Below the pieces are notes generated by a model. That model saw nothing but the letters and a program-made list of their open reading frames with translations, did no database searches and was not told the origin of the DNA. 64,000 nucleotides of DNA from Trichoplax adhaerens (lineage: Eukaryota > Animalia > Placozoa). Every line of letters starts with the position of its first letter. Positions within the stretch are counted from its first letter, which is position 1. The stretch covers positions 2,875,016-2,939,015 of the forward strand of contig NW_002060950.1 of assembly GCF_000150275.1 (NCBI RefSeq). The letters are read 5' to 3'. This document shows, piece by piece, positions 40,061-55,700 of this stretch. Position numbers and translations under genes: made by a program.

Positions 40061-42057
40061 GCAAAATTCTTTATATACAAAATATCGATTCAAGTATAAA
40101 GGTTTTACTTAAAATCAACGGGACGCTTTGTAACCTGATCAAAAACCCAAAACAAATAATTTTCCTGATATTTACTCCATCAATGCATTGGTAAACTCAT
40201 TTCTTAGAAAATAAACTGATACTATCGAATCTTCTATTAATACTATAATTGTAAGTAGCCATTTATCCGTAAGATACGCTCACTGGAAGGAGAGATATTG
40301 CTGTCGATAGTTAATCAGCTATTACTGAATAATACTGACTTATTTTCTCCGAGAGTACTATTAACTATCGTAGAATAACCTTAACATTTATTGATAAAAT
40401 ACAGAAGTAGTATTATAATACTTTCTCCTGTTGGAGAAAAAATAATAAAAGTCCATATCAGAATTTGCTACCTTCCTCCTAAGGTAGACTGATTCTAGCT
40501 ACAGCAGTTACTTTCTCTAAAGCTAACCAAGACTTTCTTGGGATGAAAATGATAAGGTAATTTGTCAATAGAGATACCTGTGAAAATATTCTAGGCCAGC
40601 CTTTCCGATTGATTGCCTCTCAACTCATCATAACTTTGTTTATTACACATTTTATACCTTCGAAATTTGTGTCTGGTGGTGTTACAAATTATTTTCTCTC
40701 TACCACCTTAGGCCGGCGACGCCAAAAATCAGGACATGTTATGATCTATAGATAAATTAATTCCCTGGTGCAAATGTAATTTATTTAATTAATATAAGGG
40801 AAAGTGATCCATAATTTTTTCCACTGACGTTTTATGTATCCTTGCAATATATAACATGTACATTTCCACTTGGCATATTTGGTCTATGCTAACTCAGCTA
40901 ACATTCTCCGTAATTGACATTTCGGATACTTTACTGCACCACTTTAATTAAATAAATAGTGTCCCATCTAATTGATGATGTTAACAGAGTTAATCTTTTC
41001 AATCCTACCCATAGCCACATTGATCAGTTGTGTGGATATAAACTCTCAATTTAGATGCAAAGTATGATAATGGTACTAGTATGATCGATTGAGAAGTATT
41101 CAGCAAATTAATTTATGAGATAAGCATGAAATAATATTGTGCTTAGTTGTAAAGGACGGTAGAATATTGACTTTTATATTATTTTTAGCTCATGAAAAGT
41201 ATAGTAGAGAATATAAGGTATCTGGTATCCATCTCCAGTAATAGGAGATTATGATATAGATAAATCAAAAGCTTTCTGAATAATTACAAGTAGTTGTAAT
41301 GTCGCTAATTTCAACAGATTTTGGATTTTAGTTTATAACATTACATAAATAGGTCTGATACTGTAGTAACTATATAGTGCATCTCGATGGGTTAGTTTAG
41401 TTAAATTAATAAATTCTTGTATTTGTATATATGTTAATACAATAGCTATTATATAATTTTCGATTGGAAATGACTGTAGATAGGTTGACCATTAAGAGTT
41501 GGAATGTTCCTTCATGAAAGGGACAATTTATGCACAGGATATAGCTGATAGTGACCAATACAGAAGTTTGATAACTAGAATAGGATAGCGCGGATCAATA
41601 AAGCGGAATGGATGAATCGTACAATATTCGATGGCAAATACAACACGAACTGAGATGAAGTTGGTGGTAAGCTGCCTGCAAAGCAATTTAATTTCAGTAA
41701 TTTATAGGCAATAATGCCATCGAAATCAGCGACTTGCTATTATATCAACATCTCTATCCATTGCCCAAGCAGCATTAGGTATGTTAGATTGAATATACTT
41801 ATTTCATTAGTACATAGTGGAGTAAGTTTCTTAAATAAAGGAACATTAACTAATAGTTTTCTAATTCCGAAATTCAGTATAGAAAGAATGCAGTTTTAGT
41901 AGTGCACTTTGTATACAGAATTATGGGTGCCGTATAAGGTAATTATGTAATCTATTTTAAAGCCAGATCCCTATGCCCTCTGTATCATATTTTTGTTGTT
42001 TTTAAAGTTAGTAAGGGATCTTTTGTTGTCTACCATCACTAGTTTTAGTTTGATAAA

Positions 42058-42323
42058 GACATTTTAACATCCACAAATAATATGGATGTTCTAGCAGCTC
42101 TTCAATGCCAAAATATGTCAAAAATTAAGGGAAAAAATATTATCAAGTATACGAATTGCCGTTTATTTCTCTAGTTCATAACTTAGTATCGTTTAATAAC
42201 GACATTTTTAGCATCCATGAACGGAATATGAATGTTCTAACAGCTCTTCAATACGAAAATATGTCAAAGATTAACGGCAAATAATTATCAAGCATATTAC
42301 CGGTTATTTCGCTATTTCATAAC
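42058..42323. repeat. Diverged tandem duplication, ~143-bp unit x2
   Basis: GACATTTT..CATCCA...ATGTTCTA.CAGCTCTTCAAT...AAATATGTCAAA at 42058 and 42201. Confidence 0.7.
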
Positions 42324-45300
42324 GGATTAATAATAAATGGGTCTACGGATCTTCTTCTATCCAGGTCATAAGATTTGCACCTACATCAACAGGAAGAAAA
42401 TAGATGCCAATAAATCTTCATATGCTGACATAAGCGAAAATTTATTTGCCATTTTTTCGTCGACCTGGCCATCAAGTGTTTGTCATATACATCTTGCAGT
42501 TTAGTTGCTAGAATTTGTTATATTACACGTAGTTATACCAGGGTTACTAATTACTTAATTTTATGATTTTAATCTAGCATATTTTTAATCACCGAAATAT
42601 CGAATAAATAAGTGACTGTGGGTATTCGCTATGGAGAAGGAATATTGCTAGTATAATTAGATGGTATATCTACAGTCATATATGCTAGCCTGTCAAGGCT
42701 AATTTTATACGGATATGGAAGTAATTATTAGTGGGTAGAAGTAGTCATATCAAATTTAGACTATAGAAATATCCTTAGTTGATCAAATTCATCCAATATT
42801 TATTATGGCTATTCATATTTGGCCATCTTCCTGGATGGAGAATATAGTACTGGATAGCCCACTTCTTAAAGGTTGCCAAATTTTATTAGTGAAATTTCAA
42901 TATGAAGCATTTTCGCTACTATTGTTGCCCTTAGTAGCCAAGGGAGGTACTCTGTTCGAAATTTTGATAATGTGAAATACGACTTGTAAAATAGAGAGAA
43001 ACATGAGCCAAACTAAAGGAAACATCAAGGTAGGAGAGACAGATTGTTGCTAGCTCAAATATATCCTATAGCATTCGCTCTCTAAGAAACCTAATAGCAC
43101 ATTGCACTGATCTTAAAATATAGAAAATGCACAAGAACCCGAAAGGTTGGCCACCTTCGCCTAACTTTAGGTAGCAAAGAATTGAACAGATTACTTAAGA
43201 AATGCAATTATTCATGTGCCAGCTACAGAATTGTAATTTTGATGTTAGCTTCATCTGGATAGTCTTTCTATTTTCTTGCTGAACATCTGTTTTAATTTGC
43301 TCAGCATAAAATGACTGTAGCTTGATATGTTTAAGGATGGTAAGTCTTATGAAATTTTAGAAGAAGAGAAATAAGGCTTATAAGGCTTTATTTACACACC
43401 GTTAATGATGACAGATCTTTCTGATGGACAAATAAAATTTTGAAAGAAAGACAAACCTTGGATTCTCGCCCAATATTTTGTTGAAAAAGAATCAATGTAT
43501 GAAGGCGTTTATTTCTATAAAGGATCGTTATAGTACTTTTAGTTTTAATCTTTTCCATGATTAATAATCAAATATTTTGAATTTTGCATGCAATTTGCTA
43601 GATACTGTATGTTCATAGTTTGTAATTCTGACCAAAGTAATTCCATTCGTTTAATATCCTATAAAATCAATCGAATACAACATTTTAAAGGATTTCATTT
43701 TTTATCTCAGGAGAAATTTGTCAGTGTCCATTTATACTCTTAACTTAATACAATTTGGAATTGATAATGCGCTGGATCAATTTCGAAATATGGACTACGA
43801 CTAGGCAAGCATATCCAGCAGAGTACTGTAGGATACCCGTCAAGCTTGTAGAACGTACGTATAGTCTGAATTATTTACACTAAATTAATGATATCCATTT
43901 TATAACCTACCAAACTAACGGAATTACTGACTTTTAAAGCATTAACTTTTAACATTGACATAGAGGAGAGTGTGTTTTATCAGCATACCATTTGCTCTCC
44001 TTGTTCAAAGAGATTTCGGTGATGAACTAGACTAATTTCAAACAAGAGGAGAAATGAATCGTTCAGTCTAATAAAACATAAATAAAAAAGATATACTGGA
44101 CTGATATTAAAATCAAAGATTTAGGAAGATCAGACCATCCAATTGAAGTTTTAATGATAATCGACAGAATGGTGTGCTGGCTTGATTCCAAATAGGAAGA
44201 TTGCCTTGGTTTAAGATTGGATAGAAAATGAACAAAATGATGATGGATTGGGTCGATTTTATTATACTGTTATAAGAAGATATGCAAGAGTCAGAAACCT
44301 CAATTCTAGATCGAATAAAAATGACAAGATTTCCGAAGAGAATGCCTTTAATTAAGAATTCTTGAATGGCTGTGAGGTTTGAGTTTTGCACTTCGCTTAC
44401 TTTAATCTATTCTTCATTTCAAGTGGAACAAAATATGAACAGTTAGCTGAAAAAATAGATGATCGTAAAATTATAGTCGTCTTGCATTCAACTTTGATCT
44501 GTGGCTCAACGAAATGGTCTAATATTCTGGAGTTCTTGATTGAGTTTGCTTCCTGTAGGATCCCGAATTAATCAAAGTCTGCACCCCGGTAGTTAATTTT
44601 ACCTGATCAGATTAACCTTTGTGAGTAAAGAAAGAGTTTTATTCATATTTATTACTTTCAGTTGTATATAGAATCATTTTAAAATAGAGAATAATTTAAA
44701 AGCGTGGCAACATGCATGGCTTTCTATGAAACTTCGACATTCTTTTGTCATTTTTAGTTAATTATGCTGAAAATACAATGCAAAACTGCCAACGTCAGCG
44801 AGTCATTTTCTAGTTTAACGGAGTGGTAGCGGTGGATTAAACAGTGTTCAAGAACATAAGTCTACTGTACATCAAGCTGTCATCTAATTTGAGACACAAT
44901 TTTATTGGCTATTGCTTGAAAAAAGTAACGCCTTAAGGCCATATTAATTGATCAGTCGTCATTAGAGCTCCAATCAATCACTTAATATTTTAAATCAATA
45001 GCTTAGACTAGAGAATACGTGCTACCAAATCTCTACATTTCATATGCAGTAGGCTATAGATTCGCGTCTTCCCATGCGAGCTTGATCTCTGTTTGATTCC
45101 TACTTAGAAATACAAGTAGTTTACCGACATTTCTGCTTTTCCACACGGTGCAGTGAAAATATTAATTAATAAATAGCGAGTACAGTATCGGAGTTGATCT
45201 CTCAGCGATCTCAGGCTTACCTTTCAAACATTGAAAGCAAGCGTTCTCGTTGTCTTAAGTTAACAGCAAGTAGACATACTATATGCCTTAATAAGTAAAT

Positions 45301-46745
45301 AAAACAATTCAGATTAGGATCAAAAGACGGAAGGTTTATCCTTGGCCTTAACCTATTGCTAGGATAGCACAGAATTGCTAAAACGCGTGCTCGATATTTT
45401 GGCCTTGAGACTAGAATTGGTTTCGCTATAAGCTAATGGTCCATCAATAGGCATTGATAGATCAGTTCGTTCAATCAGTCAAGTGATATAAATCAAAGAT
45501 TTATCGAACAGGTACTCATCATTTTTTTATACTTTGGATAGACCTAACGTTAGAATAAAGAAATTTATTATTCAAATAATCGATCTGAGACATTCTTATT
45601 TTCAATGTCGATAATTTAATATAGCCAAGTAGCATTTCTTAGCGAAACAGTAAGATTAAATGCCTTTCACCCGATATACTGCCTTTAAAATTAGAAATTG
45701 CTTTATCTTGAGTTAATAGCCATGTTATGAGCATTGCACATTCTTTACATTGATAGATTGGTTGCAGTTAGGTTGTAATGATGGTGCATAGATCCTTGTC
45801 CTATTTCCTTGTTCTTACCACATAGACTTTAAATTAGGATGGATAGCTAATAACAAGTTTTTATATGATTTTCTTTAGAGAAAAAACTTGAATACACTAA
45901 TGCAAACTTAGTCATACCAGAGAGAATTGATCATGATCAAATAAAGAACACATTTTATAGCAAGATAATTACGCCTTTAATTAATTATAGTAGCATTTCG
46001 TCTGAACGTTGTTTGTGAGCCAGTTTGTAATTTACAGTTTGTACTACGATGACAGAAAGGCTTGATCTTTGATTCTATCCTTTAATGGGCTATATTTATT
46101 TATCGAGTATAATCAATTAGGCTAATACTTAGAAGATCTCCTGTGACATGGATTGATATTTATCTTTAGGGCAGCAGTTTATCTGAATATTTTTTATGAA
46201 CCGGTTTGTGATTTAGTACTGCGATGATGGAAAAGCTTAATTCTATTTGTTTATACCGTTAATAAGGGCATAATTTGGTTTGATATTAATTTTTAAGCCA
46301 AGACATAATTTGGTAGTACGATGACGGAATGGCATGTTTGCCATTTCTTTCACTAAAAATTGAGCATGGAGAATGATTACTCTCAATATTAATTCATTGT
46401 GCCCATGTGTTAATGAAATAAGTTACTTAAATTCCGACCTGAGCACTTTTTTAGCTTTTCTACTAATATTCGTACAGCATTTTAGAGATTCTTCTTGCTT
46501 TACTTATCTTTTAAAGGTTTGAAACTGATCTAATTTATCGCTGTCGCATACTGGAAAGGTTCGAACTGATGTAAGAATTCATACCGGATAGACCAGATCC
46601 AACGGATTGAAATAGAAGCTGATATCGGAAGCTTGCAGCCTTCTTGAACGACTGCGAATTACCTGATTTACTCTATTCACAAAATTGGTGCTTGTCCATA
46701 AACAAACTAAAGTGCTATCATTTCCATATAATCCAGCATTAAATT

Positions 46746-49700
46746 ATGGCTTCTTCTAGGTAATGTTATACTCTTTACTAGAGAATCTACGCTTGCTTCG
46801 ACCATCACTAAATATAGCTGTTAAGATCCACTAAAGTGTAAAATTCTACATTTTAATTTTTCAATACTCTAGTTCAAAATCGCACTTGTTGTATATCTGC
46901 GGAATCGAAAAACGAATCGCTGAGGTAATATAACCATCCTCACTTAGAATAGAGTAGAGTATGGCAACATTTCAACTTGGCAAATATATCAAAAAGTAAT
47001 TGGTAGCTCTGCTGCCTAGCTATTTTTTACTACACTCAAGTCTCCTCAAGATTGTATTAGTGTTGTAAACAATCATTTTTCATTAGAGTTTGAAATTATT
47101 AATACCCTTCGAAAATTAAATTTGACAATTGAACTAACACAATCCTGTGATATTTATTAACCACAGTTCAAGGTTGCTATATTTCCACTGTGATGCAGAC
47201 GCGTCTAGCGTTACTACAATATTAAATTTCGTGACGGTTTATTTTAATTTCTAATTCGATAATTTAATAAGAGATTAAAATCATTAACAGCATTCGGAAA
47301 TTGAATAGGATAATTGAAACAACACAAGGCTATGATATTTATTAACCACAATTTTAGGATAACTACATTTCCACCATGAAACAAACGTGGCTGTCGTTGA
47401 TATAGTAGCAAATTTTGGCATAGGAATGTCTAGTTTCTAACGCAATAATTTTAATAAGAGTTTGAAAAAATTAACGCTGTGCGAAAATTAAATATGACTA
47501 TTGAGCCAATACAACACTACGATATTTACTAACTGTAGTTTTTAAGATCTTTTCCATAATGAAACAGATATGCCTATCTTTGCTACAGTCGTGAACTTTG
47601 TGAAGGTTAATTTTAATTTTTGATGTGATGATTTAAACGAGTTAAAAAATTACGATAGCATTGATTTGACCGCTTTAAGGTAAAAATGATCAGCTAATAA
47701 TGGTATCCAACGACTATAAAATGAATTCTTGCATTCGATTATCGACTACAAGTTGCGTAGTTGTCTCTATAATTCTATTCTGACAATTGTGATTAACGGC
47801 AAAATTTAATTGCCATCAGCTTATTGTGCTTCATTTAGCTGATATATATTCATTGATATAATGTCTTATTAATCACAACAACAATTTTGAATATATTCAT
47901 GCAGCCATCCTAGCATGGCTCTCTTTTAAACTTTATGATATCATTAGCCGTATAGAAAGAAACTTTCACGTACTTTGAATAATAAATTAGCGTTTATTTA
48001 GTAAGATTTTATTATTTATATCTTGCGAAAGGCACATTATTAGATGATGATGAGGAAATAGAATGATCGTTTACAACGTCACTATATTATTTTGCTAAAA
48101 TTAATCACCCCTGTATCATGATAGCTGATAGATCAAAAGATTGTAAACATAGATGGTAACAAAATCTATCTCTTAATGATGATTTTAGAATGATTTAATG
48201 ATCACGGTGAATTCTATAGGACTTTAAAAAGACGGCAATTGCAATCGTTCCTGATGTTCAAATTGAATTAACCAATTATACATGTTCAACCAAGAAGAAT
48301 TGGTATTTTGCGTAAGTGATACTGAATTTAATTGCAGTGATCTTTCAACAATCAATCAGAGAACCTCCTTTGCACCTGTAATGTTAGTCTTAAGTTATTT
48401 GCATTCTTGGTGAATTTAGAGATAATTTCTTGCATGCTAGAGCACGTAAATTTTTCGCGTACAGGAGTTATCTTAAGTATGCCTCATATTCTGCTTGTTG
48501 GTGCTCGAGCTGCTATGCGATAGCTGAAAAGACAATCAGGACTGCCTATTTTGATTCTGCAAAGCTTATTTATTCTTAATTAATTTATGTTCTTGCCAAG
48601 GCAAATTGAGATCGTAACAGTCCGAATGAGTTTTCCGAAAAAGTAGTGAGTTCGTTTTTATACTTCCAATTTTGGAATGGCTTGATTGAGCTATAGTGGG
48701 ATGGTGTATCAACTACTAATTCTATATCTATAAGCTGCTTTTTAAGATAAGCAGTTAAAAGTTCTGAGTGAGGCTGAATTAAGCCTATCATAGTCGAATG
48801 GAATGAGATTTTCCGAGTTAAAAATGACGTATTTATTATGCTTCAAATTATATAACTGCTCTGGCTATAAGAAAATATTGGATCGATTACTTGTGTCATA
48901 TCCATCAATTTTATTTTCAGTAATTTCTGTATTAATAATGGAGGTAGATTGAGCTTATAATAGGCAACTAGAAGGAATAAGTTTTTTTTCAAAGTATAAA
49001 TAAATTGTTGTTCTATATGTCTATGTACTTCTATGCCTTAAAATTGTTTGTACTACCAATCGATATTAGATTACCCATTTTACTTCGATAAAGTCAATTT
49101 TTAAGTAACTTATGCTCTTAATAATTCTAAATTGTGGTCGCTATAGTTAAAAGAGAAATGATCTTGTACACTGAGATAGGAAATTGTTAGCCAAGTCTGC
49201 TATAATAGATTCTCAATTTAAAATCAGTTCAGACCGTAACTAACTTTCGATTAAGTAAGAACTTATTACACGAGGCATTACCGTAAACTCTATATCATCC
49301 TGTTATACTATATACTTTTACATTACTTGAGCTACTTACAATATCGAATCAGTTCTATTTTTACCACCGCTCCTTTTTACTTCGATAGATATTGAATAGT
49401 AATTATAACAATAAAAATTAGACAAGGTAAGTTATATATTGAGCACGCATATTTCTCTACCATTGGTTTTAATGGCAATTAGGCAATTGCACGTTTCTTC
49501 TGAAAAAGACTCTATTGAATTAATGGCAAAGCTAAGAGGTTTGAAAATTGGAAAGAGTAAAATTCCTCTGAGATCGCTTTGGCCGGTAGAAATGGATAAT
49601 CGTAAACGTAAGAAATTATTGGATAAGGTTTCTAAGCAGATGACTCAATTAAATCGAAAAGGTTACGGCGGCTTCTACGATAGAAAAATTGAAGATAAGT

Positions 49701-52700
49701 AGGTCGAATGGATTGGCCTAATTCCATATCTTGATATTTATTCTGTAATTGCTGCTTCGATATTTCGCTTACGAAATGCTCATATATGTGAAATAGAAGA
49801 ATAAACTAGAATTTGGTATCGTGTGACCACAAACTAAATTATAACATTTCGCTATACAATTTAGAAAGGTACTGGCCTTGAAGCATTTGAATAAGGCTCA
49901 ATGTAGATGTACTCTTGCTATTGTGAAAATATGTAATATTCCTACATCAATGAATAAGGTCAGTTAAGCTATCTTATTTAGTTTTTAATTAGGATCTCGG
50001 TTGTTGTGGGTTTCTTCATGTTAATATCATTTTAATCCAAATTTAAATGAAACGTTACGAAGATCGAGCTCTATCATTTGGTTAGTCAAGGAGGAATCGT
50101 TATTGAATTGAAGACAATTCCGCCTGATCAAGCGTAATGATTTATAGCTATTTTATTAATAAGTACCGGCGTATGAATGCCATAGATCTTAATTAGCTCT
50201 CAAGCCATATAGACTACTCGTATAGCTGATAGTTTTAGCTAGCTGAGTAATCTTCCATATAAAACGTATTTTTTAACTCTAATTATAAGATGCTGATCTT
50301 CTATTTTAAATCACTAGAACAATTGCAACTATACAATTGCGTATTAATAACCTTAGTTACTAGCTTACTTAAATTTAACTATCCTTCCTAATACTCTATT
50401 CATTTGTACCAACAAACTCATTCTATGCACATTTTTCTGTCTATCCTAGGAAAGTAACTTACCGCTGTCAAGCTGATGCTATTATAGCATTGATATGCTT
50501 AGACCAATTTGAAATTTGTACCGACCAGCCGATAAATATCCAATTTGAAGGTAAAGATTCTAAATTTATGTATGACGAAGTCTTTCGAATTCGAAATCTT
50601 ATTCAAAAGCAGCAGAATGAAAGCAATTTATTAGCATTACAACCGGATACAAGTTCTCCATTGCCATCTAAGTCAAGAGAGACTGCAAGTACCAACTTAC
50701 AGTCTTCTTCACTCCGTTCTTGTTCCAAATCGAGTACCAGCTCAAAAAAAGGTCAGAAAAAGGATCAATTTGCCAATACTAAGAATGGAGATGATGGAAT
50801 CAGTCAAATTGAGAAAATTGCTCAAGACAGTATAAAGCAGAAAATAGATGGCAGAGGCAAATTAAATAAAAGTAATAGTAACCGAAATGGAAGAAATACC
50901 GGGGGTAAAACAGCAGCTATTAAAATAGATCGAAGCTATAAAGGTGACCAAACATTTAGCAAAAATCAGAATCAAGGAGGAAGACAAGATTCTTATCCAT
51001 CTAGCAGCAAGCTGTCTCCTGTAAAGCCTAAATCCATGATCTCTAAGCGTACGATCGGTAGTGACTGTGCGAAATTTTCAGTATCAACGAAGGCAACAAT
51101 TGAGGAAGAATATACTTTTTCGGATAAAGCTTATTTTCTTATGCAAAAAATTAATCTGGAACAAAGAATTAAGGATAAAGGCTACGAAGTCTCTTTCACC
51201 TTTAGGGATAGAGAAGATGGCGGTAAATTACTTGCAAGGATGATAGATGGTAGTCAAAGTTACATTATGAAGGAATTATTTGATTTTTTTAACTTAATGG
51301 ATTCCAACCAAGATTTACCTACTAGAATATGCAAATATCTAGCTCAACAGACCGAAATGACGGATAGTATTAACAAGAAATTAATTGAAAATGGTATATG
51401 TGCTGTAATTATTCCAACCAACACGAATGCTACTATTTCTGTCATTGCAAAGAATGCGACAGAATATGAAAAGGTTACGGCGGTATTGTTAGAAATTTTT
51501 GACACTAAATCAACAACCGTATCTGGTGAAGCTTTCTCTTTTCCACAAGATACCGCTATACTTCTTTCTAGTATTCAGCAAGATATTGCCATGAGTAGCA
51601 AGCTCCTGCTAGAAGCTGAGCTAAATGATTATACTAGCTCTTGCACCATAACAGTTACAGGGCCTCGTAATAATCTTCATGATGTCATTAGAGCTATTCA
51701 AGCTAAATTAGAAGAATACAAATTGATAAAATTTGATATTACGGATACTCCTGTTTTGAAAACAGAATATTTGCGTACGTATCTAAAAGATAATATTCGG
51801 TCAATAGAAAAGATATTTGGCTGTCGAATTGAAGTGGAAGCAAAACTGGATAGCGATTCTTGGCTCATGGAACGTTGTAAAAATATTAGCATCAGCTGTT
51901 ACCAAATCTATAAAAATACTATTGAAAACAGAATTCGAACAATTTTACGAGGGATTACCGTGCAAAAGGAAGATGGTATTAGTAAATATTCGCTCACTGG
52001 ACGATTACTTAGCTCTAGTAGAAATAAAGCTAGGTTACAACGCTTACAAGAGGAACTACACTGTTTGATTGCCATTGCAGGGAATAAAGGCGAAAGGTAC
52101 CTATACTTTACGCGTAGATATGATTATTTGATAATAAAGATCTATCTTGAAGCAGTGTTTCTATTTCATTATAATGAATTTTACGCTGATTGGTTGGAAT
52201 ATTATTGAGGTTAAAATGAAAGTACGGGGAAGAAAATTAAATGAGGTTACCATAATTGCTTATGGAAACAAAATTTAGCCTAGATAAGAGTTGGCATGTA
52301 TAGTAAATTGTCAGTTTTTACTGATAAAGTAATATGTGACAAAAAAGATATCATTAAAGGCTAAACAAAATTAAGGGGAAGAAAAGTAAAAAGGATCACT
52401 TGAGTGCTTATGAAAACGAAATTTAGCCCTAAAATAAGAGTTGACAAGAAGAGTAAATCGCCAATTTTTACCGGAGTAACAGTCCCGACTGTACTCCTAG
52501 TTTAGAGTATACCGGGGTAGCTTCTAGTCTAGCCTATTTTATACCCTGGAGTATAATCTAGGTCAGGTTACACCTCCTCACCCCCTCTTACATACAAATA
52601 TATCAAGTAATCGATATATCACTTCGTAGTAAATCGATTACAATATATTGCCTGATATGATTATTGAAAAATTATCAAAGGCTAAACGAAATGAATGTAA

Positions 52701-55700
52701 GAAAAGTAAATGGTATCAAATTATTGCTTATGAAAGCGAGATACATCCCTAAAATAAGTGTTGTTATGTATAGTAAATTGGCAATTTTTATTGATGTTGT
52801 AGTTGGAACATGCAGAATTGGTTTAAAGAGTTGCATTCGTAGAAAGAAAATTTTTGTTATGTAAATATAGCCATATTATTACCTATGGCAGCAAATTAGA
52901 ATCGAAAATTAGAGTTGGTGTGTACAGTAGATTATTCATTTTTTACCGAAATTGTCATTTAAACATGTAAAGTTGACATTAACTAATAAACTCGTTAGAG
53001 AAATTCAATTGAATTTTCATTTCCTATTATGTAATTTTAGTAAGTGCCAAAAGCCTTCAGCTAATCCTCGAAATGCATTTCTGCGAAGAACAGAGCCAAA
53101 GATAGGGAAAGTTGCAACAAAAGGTGTCGTTAATTTGACCCAAGCAACTCCGCAAACTAGCCGCAGTAAGAGAAAAATCAACAATGTTGCTATTAAATTG
53201 GTGAAAGGAAGAATTGAACAAGATGGTGGAGCAACTGTAAGTTGAAATAAAATCTGTCATGAGCCATCTTACATCTTATTAATGTTTCATAGTCGAAGGA
53301 AAATATTTACTTAGATGGCATTAATAAAGGAATCCTTCAATCTTTTATTTCTTCAAGGCTGATGTTATTGTCAATTCTGTGAGTACGAATAATTTTTCAG
53401 AAGGTAAAATTGCAGCAGCATTATTTAAAGCTGGTGGAACAGCCTATCAACAAGAATGTCGTACCCAGTTGCAGTTTCCACAAGACGATAGCATTGGTTC
53501 TACAAATGGCCAGTATTTTGGTTGCAAGAAAGTATATCACATTCCATTCTTAACTTCTGATAGATCAATATCAGTAAGTGCGGAGCTGTATTAATATTTA
53601 TGTCTAACCTTGATAAGGCAACTACTACTGCTGACAAGGATGTTGAATCTAGTGTAAACTCCAATAGTCAAGACAGATGCAATGTTGATCATTTTTTTTG
53701 CAACTTACTATTTTTAGTGGCTTATTCTACGTATTGAAGACTGCTTAAGGAAAGCGGATAGAGAATCGATGCGATCGATAGCTATACCTATCATTGGTAC
53801 AGGACAATTAAAACTCGATGTCCAAGAGATCGCAAGGAAAATGACAGATACATCAGTGAAGTTTGCTTATAATCAAACAGGAAGCCTAAGAGAAATTTAC
53901 TTTATGGTCTTTCCTACCGACACAAACGTCTACAACGCGTTTGAATACGTACTAGAATTAAATAATCCATTAGAAGTTCCATTACATCATCAAACAGATT
54001 TACTTGATAAGATAACAAAGTCGACAGGAGAGACTCCTGTAGAAGAAAATTCCTATAGCGCACTGAAACTGTTATTTTCAGCTCGATACGACGGAACAGA
54101 AGTACCAATCTCCATCAATGTCTATCATGGTAATGCCCACAATGCGACTACAGATGCTATCATCGATGTAACATCATTATGTGCTAAACATTCCAATTTA
54201 GATTCTCATTTAGATATTATGCGCTACAGCGATAGTAGGCATACATCACAAACGTTAAGAATATTATCTTCTAAATCGCGCTCTAGTATCTATCAAGTTT
54301 GTCCTTATGGTTGCTTGCCCGGCTTTGGTACTATATTAGCAATCATTAATGCCCGTGAACAAAAATCGATCACGATTCCCTTATTAAGTATTGAAATAAA
54401 TATTAGTCATGTTTACCGCTTGATAGGTGCTATAGAAACATTTTTAGCCAACCACCTGGATGAAACAAATTATGTAAATTGTTTTAATTTTGTCATTGGA
54501 TATGAAGATCGAAGTCAAGAATTTGCAACCTGGGTGCAAATGCAAATAACTAATAAGTCTTTACAATTTGGATGGCAAATTAGTCAACACGTAGCAGTAA
54601 CAGAATTTGGTCTTAATATAATTTACGTCGCTGAAGATCAATCTGTGATTTCAAAGTTGAAATCCAAGATCGAAGAATATGCTGATTCTTGGATATGCCA
54701 CAAGATGAAGGATGAAGATTATTTCAATTCTATTGATCAAAATCGCTGGAATCGACTTGTGCTGCAATTTTGGTCAGAGTATAATACAATTCTAGTAAAG
54801 CAAGATGGAAATAAAACTGTGTGTATATCTGGACTCGAAAATGATATACTGAATGCTATTTTAAGCATCAATAAACTAAGCCAAATTTACTTCGAAGAGA
54901 AAGCTTATAATGAAGTAGAGAAATTTGCAGCCGACTCGGCCCAGTGGCATGCAAAATTTGGACAATCCAGAACTAACTTTGATGTAAAGCTAAACTATGA
55001 AATTGAAAAAAATTATAAGACCTATACTAAAGATAAGACCAAGAAGATTTTTCAAATTGATGCAACAACTAAAACTGTTGATTTCGGTCGAATGTTGATC
55101 AGGCTTGCTGATGGGACACAGTGCTCTATAGGGAAATTGTCATCAGAAGGTATTACCGAGTATAAAAATCGCGTTAGTAATCAGATTGATCATATAGTAT
55201 GGAGAGATATTATTCTATTTCTACATCGAAACTCAAATTTAGTACTACAATACGTATGAGTTTATATCCTGATACTTAATTTATTAATTGTTTTATTTTA
55301 CATAGCTAGTTTCGCTGTTGCAATAAATTAATTTTATCCATGGCAATTATAAATTAGATTTTGCTATACCTGATAGCTGGGAAAATACAAATGAAGATGA
55401 AATCAAAGATGGCTACTTCCGCATAATCGACGTTAAAAATCAACGGGAGATTAATAGCGTATCTAATCTTCCCGGATTGAGTGGCTATAAAATTAGGAGG
55501 TTGCAAAGAATCCAGAATTGGAATTTATATCGACGATATCAGATCATGAAAACTGAGGTAGCTACTGCTGTTCAGAAATATAAACCAGGCGCCCAGGTAG
55601 AAAGGCAGCTATTTCATGGTACTTCTAGCCGCAGCGTTACAGCGATATGCAAGAGTGGTTTTGATAGAGATTTTTCTGGAACATCTGCTGGTTGGTTCAT

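Noticed and set aside
40100-46700. Short ORFs and possible 5' exons of PARP paralogue 1 (for example 40580-40740 and 44113-44600)
   Set aside because: I could not assemble a phase-consistent model or a convincing alignment to exons 1-4 of paralogue 2.
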